From Eledone cirrhosa (taxonomy: Eukaryota), in the NCBI GenBank assembly GCA_964016885.1, contig OZ024766.1:6386001-6450000 (forward strand): a stretch of DNA of 64,000 nt. Reading direction: 5' to 3'. Shown here piece by piece: positions 58,018 through 64,000 of the stretch. A program made the position numbers and the translations under genes. A model generated the notes under the pieces. That model worked only from the letters and a program-made list of their open reading frames with translations. It made no database searches and was not told where the DNA came from. The stretch's first letter is position 1. Each line of letters starts with the position of its first letter.

Positions 58018-60600
58018 CAATAAAGTACCAGTAATAAACTGGGGTATATTTAATCTACTTTGACAATTAACCCCTCCCTAGATTGCTGGCCTTGTGCCTT
58101 AGTACCAGTAATAAACTGGGGTATATTTAATCTACTTTGACTTTAACCCCTCCCCAGATTGCTGTCCTTGTGCCTTTAATAGAACCAATTAACTACAGGG
58201 TCGTTAAAATAAAGTACCAGTAATAAACTGGGGTATATTTAATCTACTTTGACTTTAACCCCTCCCCAGATTGCTGTCCTTGTGCCTTTAATAGAACCAA
58301 TTAACTACAGGGTCGTTAAAATAAAGTACCAGTAATAAACTGGGGTATATTTAATCTACTTTGACTTTAACCCCTCCCCAGATTGCTGTCCTTGTGCCTT
58401 TAATAGAACCAATTATTTACAGGGTCGTTAAACTAAAGTACCAGTAATACACTGGGGTATATTTAATCTACTTTGACTTTAACCCCTCCCCAGATTGCTG
58501 TCCTTGTGCCTTTAATAGAACCAATTATTTACAGGGTCGTTAAACTAAAGTACCAGTAATAAACTGGGGTATATTTAATCTACTTTGACTTTAACCCCTC
58601 CCCAGATTGCTGTCCTTGTGCCTTTAATAGAACCAATTAACTACAGGGTCGTTAAAATAAAGTACCAGTAATAAACTGGGGTATATTTAATCTACTTTGA
58701 CTTTAACCCCTCCCCAGATTGCTGGCCTTGTGCCTATAGTAAAAATAATTTTCTATTTTTGACACAAGGCCAGCAATTATTAACCCAGTATATTATTGGT
58801 ACTTTATTTTATCCACCCCCGTAAGGATGAAAGGCAAAGTTAACCTTGGCGGAATTTGAACTCAGACTGTAAAGGGACGTAACTCTATGCCGCAAAGCAT
58901 GGTGTCCAACCCTCTACTGATACTGCCAAAAAATAATAATTATTATTTACAGGGTCGATAAAATAAAATACCAGTAATAAACTGGGGTAGATTTAATCTA
59001 CTTTGACTTTAACCCCTCCCTAGATTGCTGGCCTTGTGCTTATAACAGAAACAATTAATTACAGGGTCGATAAAATAAAGTACCAGTAATACACTGGGGT
59101 AGATTTAACCTTAGCCTCCCTCCAAATTGCTGGCCTTGTGCCTAAATTAGAAACCTTTGCTGTTGTTGCTGTTGTTGTTGTTGTTAGTTATAGTAATTTG
59201 TGTTTGAAGGAGGTGGTGTGGTGTGAGAGGAGGGGCCCCCATTTCAAATGTTCTTCACAGAAAGCTACCTTACACCATGTCTAGTGTTGCTACTTCCGGA
59301 ATATCGATCTATAAACTCGAAAGCCTTCCTTCATATTTTAAAATATTCCACTAGAAATCACTGCGTATTGAGTCCTACCCAGGTGGCGTCTGGTGATTTG
59401 TGTAGACTGCAAAATAAGGAATAAAAGCGCTGCAAGAAATATTTTCTCATCCCAGGCATGATTTCTCAAGAATGAAACAGTTCTAGTCCTGTAGAATCTC
59501 ATCTATATTAATATAATTCCTTCCACTTTAGGCACAAGGCCAGCAATTACCCCAGTGTATTACTGGTACTTTATTGTATTGACCCTGTAATAATTGTTTC
59601 TACTTTAGGCACAAGGCCAGCAATTACCCCAGTACATTACTGGTACTTTATTTTATCGACAGCAAAGTTAATAACTGTTTCTACTTTAGGCACAAGGCCA
59701 GCAATTGCCCCAGTGCATTACTGGTACTTTGTTTTATCGACCCCCGTAAGGGTGAAAGGCAAAGTTAACCTCGGCGGGATTTGAACTCAGTCTGTAAAGG
59801 GACGTAACTCTATGCTGCAAAGCATGGCGTCCGACCCTCTACCGATACTGCCAATCCACCGCCAAATAATTGTTTCTACTTTAGGCACAAGGCCAGCAAT
59901 TACCCAGTGCATTACTGGGACTTTATTTTATCGACCCCCGTAAGGATGAAAGGCAAAGTCAACCTCGGCGGGATTTGAACTCAGATCGTAAAGGGAACTC
60001 ATCTATATTAATATATATATATATATGGTGGTGGATTGGCAGTATCGGTAGAGGGTCAGACACCATGCTTTCCAGCACAGTTACGTCCCTTTACGATCTG
60101 AGTTCAAATCCCGCCGAGGTTGACTTGGCCTTTCATCCTTACGGGGGTCGATCAAATAAAGTACCAGTAATGCACTGCGTAATTGCTGGCCTTGTGCCCT
60201 TAGTAGAAACAAATATCATATGTATGAATATATATGTATATATATATATATGTGTGTGTGTGCGTGTATGTGTGTGTGTGTCTGTGTGTGTAAAATTGTA
60301 AACTTGACTGTCACCACTGAATATGAACCTGAAGATTGCGAAAGCGTGAAAGTACTTGTTCAATTAACACTTAACATTTAATATTCTGCCATACTATTTC
60401 ATTATAATATCATTGGATTGGCAGTATCGGTGGAGGGTCGGACGCCATGCTTTCCAGCATAGTTACGTCCCTTTACGATCTGAGTTCAAATCCCGCCGAG
60501 GTTGACTTTGCCTTTCATCCTTACGGGGGTCGATAAAATAAAGTACCAGTAATACACTGGGTAATTGCTGGCCTTGTGCCTAAAGTAGAAACAATTATAA
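58018..60600. mobile_element. Cluster of SINE family 2 copies in both orientations, including a ~116-bp tandem array (58100-58745)
   Basis: Near-full plus copies at 60026-60213 and 60413-60598: TGGCAGTATCGG A-box-like, GAGTTCAAATCC B box, core GCCTTTCATCCTTACGGGGGTCGATAAAATAAAGTACCAG (resembles Meta/Nin-type SINE cores). Minus copies at 58745-58930 and 59510-59998. Confidence 0.85.
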
Positions 60601-60708
60601 TATTAAAGGATTGTAAATAAAACGAGTAAATCAGACAAAGTTGGAATTCCTTTTATTAATATAATCTTCTATAAACAATCATACACACCCGTGTATATTT
60701 ATTTACAG

Positions 60709-60744
<36 letters not shown>

Positions 60745-60811
60745 GCGTCTGTGTGTGTATATGTCTGTGTGTGTATATATATATATATATATGTGTGTGT
60801 GTCTGTGTGTG

Positions 60812-60853
<42 letters not shown>

Positions 60854-61069
60854 GACAGACTGGGTCTAAAGATATTGGTTGCCAGGAGATGAAGGGGGCC
60901 CACCTACATATAGAATGCTATCATTTAATTTTTATAATGAATAGATAACATTTTCGAAAGCTACATAAGTGGAAACAAAGCAGTGCAATGAGATTTTTGC
61001 AGAGAAATATCTTACATTCTCCAATAAAAAATATTATGTATTTTGCGAAATCCAGAGACTTTCAATAAT

Positions 61070-61737
61070 GACCAGAAGTCGACCCTAAATATTACTAATA
61101 GCTCTAGGAAAGCCATGAACGCCACCACATCTTTTTAACTTTGATTTTGAAAGTAGGTTTATAATTATCAATTTTCCTTATACTTTTGTAGCTGTCTCGG
61201 TGGCTGAGTTGGAGGAATCATAGACGGTGGTGATCCAGGTCTGAGGTTCGATCCTGGTCGGGGGTAGGGTTCCTGGTCGGGAGTAGGGTTCCCGGTAAAC
61301 CTTTTCAGTTTTTTTTCTATTGGTTCTAAAATAAAAACTGAAAAAGGTTACATGTCCCTCTTGACCAGGATTGAACACAAGACCAGGAACTCCACCGTCT
61401 CTAGTACCTACCGTTCGGCCACAGAGACAACTACGAAAATCTTATGAAAATTCATACTTATAAACCTACTTTGAAAATTTTCAAAACAAAGTGTTGTGGT
61501 GTCGTTCATGCCTTTCTTAATGTTATTGCTCCTACCTAAGGTCGACTTCTAAATCATTTGGGTGTTCCATAAACTACATCTAAGTTTCGTTTCACATCTA
61601 TCTAGACTATATTTTAACCTGCAATCCATGTTTCATTTCTGTTGCACCCCATTTCTCCCCCTCCTTGGCTGACCAAACGCTTTGCTTAATTGTTTTATTT
61701 ATTTAAACAAAAATTTTATTCGTTCTCTTAGATTTCC
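61070..61737. mobile_element. Palindromic double-tRNA-like element (copy 2, longer left arm)
   Basis: Close copy of 36408-36980. Inverted homology extends to agaagtcgacc / ggtcgacttct. Confidence 0.7.
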
Positions 61738-61757
61738 GGAGAATTCCTCACGAATCC

Positions 61758-61800
61758 CTGATGATTTCTCCGGAATGAAACAGTTCTAGTCCTGTAGAGG
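61758..61800 (+). ncRNA. Hammerhead core, family C (stem I disrupted)
   Basis: CUGAUGA-UUUC UCCG GAAU-GAAA-CAG UUCUAGUC CUG-UA. Confidence 0.55.
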
Positions 61801-61939
61801 CCTTTCTACAGTATATATATACTCTTTTACTCTTTTACCTGTTTCAGCCATCCGGCTGAGGCCATGCTGGGGCACCGCCCTTATATATATCTATATACAA
61901 TATATTAACAAATGGAAACTATATTTATAAAACCATATT

Positions 61940-62005
61940 TATTTCATTATACATATTTCAAGGGCCACCAAAGCAAACTATGGTACGCTTTCATCAGATA
62001 AAATA
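61940..62005 (-). ncRNA. Type-I hammerhead ribozyme, family B
   Basis: UAUUUUAU-CUGAUGA-AAGCGUACCAUAG UUUG CUUUGGUGGCCCUU-GAAA-UAUGUAUA/AUGAAAUA. Confidence 0.78.
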
Positions 62006-62305
62006 TAATATAGGTTAGTTTTATAAATAAATATTGACATACCCATAAAAAATGCAACCATTCTGGTTGGAATCTCCTGGAATCTTTGTATCCCAACAAA
62101 TTAAATATACCCTCTATATATATATATATATATATAGGAACGAGTAGGACCCCAACGGCTGATTCTGGACGGTTTCGACGGCTAATTCTGGACTGAATTA
62201 GCCGTCGGGGTCCTACTCGTTCCTATTACCCACTTTACTACCCTAAGTATTGAGTACTTTGGTACGTTATGGTCCACCTGGTTCCTTACCACATTTCCTT
62301 CGTTA

Positions 62306-62348
<43 letters not shown>

Positions 62349-62460
62349 TTAAAGCGATGAAATACCAATAATGGTTGGAAGATCACTGATGAAGGACTAA
62401 CTTTATATATATATATATATATATTATATAAGATCAAAAGATGGTTAAAGGAGTTCCATG

Positions 62461-62531
62461 TATTTTATTATGCGCATTTCAAAAACAAATATCATCATGG
62501 GATGATATTTGCGTTCTCATCAGATAAAATA
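62461..62531 (-). ncRNA. Type-I hammerhead ribozyme, family A
   Basis: UAUUUUAU-CUGAUGA-GAACGCAAAUAUCAUC CCAU GAUGAUAUUUGUUUUU-GAAA-UGCGCAUA/AUAAAAUA. Confidence 0.87.
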
Positions 62532-62584
62532 GGGAGACATGATATGAAGCTTAAAAAAAACACTTGCGAGCAGTGAAGTGTTAA

Positions 62585-62697
<113 letters not shown>

Positions 62698-62726
62698 ACA
62701 CACCACATACACACCACATACACACA

Positions 62727-62759
<33 letters not shown>

Positions 62760-62942
62760 TTTGAGTTTATGTTGGTTGTATACCAACACCTCAGTATGCA
62801 GACTGGAGCACTCGACGTAGTGCGCATATGATTCCAGTTCCCCAGTGAATTAACAACCCAACAAGGAACTGGGCATATCAGAGTATTGACAAAATTATAC
62901 ACCTCAACAACATATGTACTTGTCTATACCACACTAATTCAA

Positions 62943-62997
62943 ACTGCCTGAAGAGGTCACAGCCAAAGATGGCTGCCACTGAAATATATATAGCAGT
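62943..62997 (+). ncRNA. Type-I hammerhead ribozyme, family D
   Basis: ACUGC-CUGAAGA-GGU CA CAGCCA AAGA UGGCUG CC ACU-GAAA-UAUAUAUA/GCAGU, immediately followed by AATAAA. Confidence 0.85.
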
Positions 62998-63057
62998 AAT
63001 AAACGAAGCTAAATTTTAATCATTTGACTTTTATTTAACTTTATTTTATATATATAT

Positions 63058-63235
63058 ATATGTCTCTCCACCACTCCCCTACACACCCTTTGAACTCTGT
63101 TCCCACACACTTCTCACCTGAGGAAGGGCTTATGCCCGAAACGTCGTTCCCCGCCACCACCCCACTCTCCAGAGCGTGAAATTAATAAACATTCGTTGTA
63201 CTGCCTCTCTGTTTTGTTCCTGTTCAAATTTTTCC
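63058..63235 (+). mobile_element. PLE pseudo-LTR-like repeat with a minimal hammerhead core (63118-63145)
   Basis: Copy of 41680-41858. Confidence 0.7.
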
Positions 63236-63289
<54 letters not shown>

Positions 63290-63368
63290 GTTATTCCGGG
63301 TTGAATCGGAGGTAACCACAGTAAGTAAGGTACTCAATACATAGCAGAGTATAAAAGTTTTAATATAT

Positions 63369-63417
63369 GATTCCTGATGATTTCTAAAGAATGAAACAGT
63401 TCTAGTTCTGTAGAATC
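63369..63417 (+). ncRNA. Type-I hammerhead ribozyme, family C
   Basis: GAUUC-CUGAUGA-UUUC UAAA GAAU-GAAA-CAG UUCUAGUU CUG-UA/GAAUC; perfect 5-bp stem I. Confidence 0.8.
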
Positions 63418-63422
63418 TCATC

Positions 63423-63462
<40 letters not shown>

Positions 63463-64000
63463 TACGTGCATATTTATGCACCTCTTTCTTTCCACACTCT
63501 TTCCTGAGGAAGGACTTACGTCCGGTACATTAACAACATCGTTATTCCTATTCTCACAACGGTTCTATATCTATTGTCGCACTTGTTAACACTTTTTCTA
63601 ATTGTTCTCCCTCGCTCTTCGTTTTTTTTTTATTTTTTACACTGTATTTGTCCAAAGTCGACCTTGTACTCTGTGTGTATGGGAATTCCAGCTATTCTCT
63701 CTATATATGGAAATAGCTACATCTCTGACTCTCTCTCTCTCTCTCATTTTCTCTCTCTGTCTCTTTCTCTCTCTTTCTCTTTTTCTATCTCTGTCTCTTT
63801 TTTTCTCGCTCTCTTTCTCTTTTTCTATCTCTGTCTCTTTTTTTCTCTCTCTGTCTCTCTTTTTCTCTCTTTCTCTTTTTCTGTCTCTGTCTCTGTCTCT
63901 CTCTCTATCTCTTTCTCTCTCTATCTCTTTCTCTCTCTCTCTCTTTCTCTCTCTCTGTCTCTTTCTCTCTCTCTGTCTCTTTCTCTCTCTCTCTCTCTGT

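Noticed and set aside
63504-63532. CTGAGGA-A-GGAC TTAC GTCC-GGTAC
   Set aside because: GAAA is mutated, so it is predicted inactive; counted only as a relic.

Overview
AT-rich, repeat-saturated eukaryotic DNA with no recognisable intact host gene. The (TA)n/(CA)n/(CCA)n density and the SINE/LINE types suggest a coleoid cephalopod such as Octopus (inference). Almost every ORF in the supplied track is a microsatellite or minisatellite artefact. Real content: fragments of RTE, CR1/L2-type and RLE-bearing (R4/Dong/NeSL-like) non-LTR retrotransposons; two tRNA-derived SINE families; MITE-like DNA elements; and about ten minisatellite arrays, several amplified from inside TE fragments. The main hidden signal is about 15 type-I hammerhead ribozyme (HHR) motifs with complete CUGAnGA/GAAA/UH cores. 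They fall into several families, their stem III palindromes covary, two pairs sit back-to-back in long inverted repeats, and seven motifs cluster at 61.7-63.5 kb. This matches Penelope-like element pseudo-LTRs or retrozymes. Also notable are a duplicated palindromic element carrying two convergent tRNA-like Pol III units, two near-perfect hairpins, and minus-strand protein-like islands that may be a shattered fossil ORF of unknown origin. All assignments are by eye; no database search was run.
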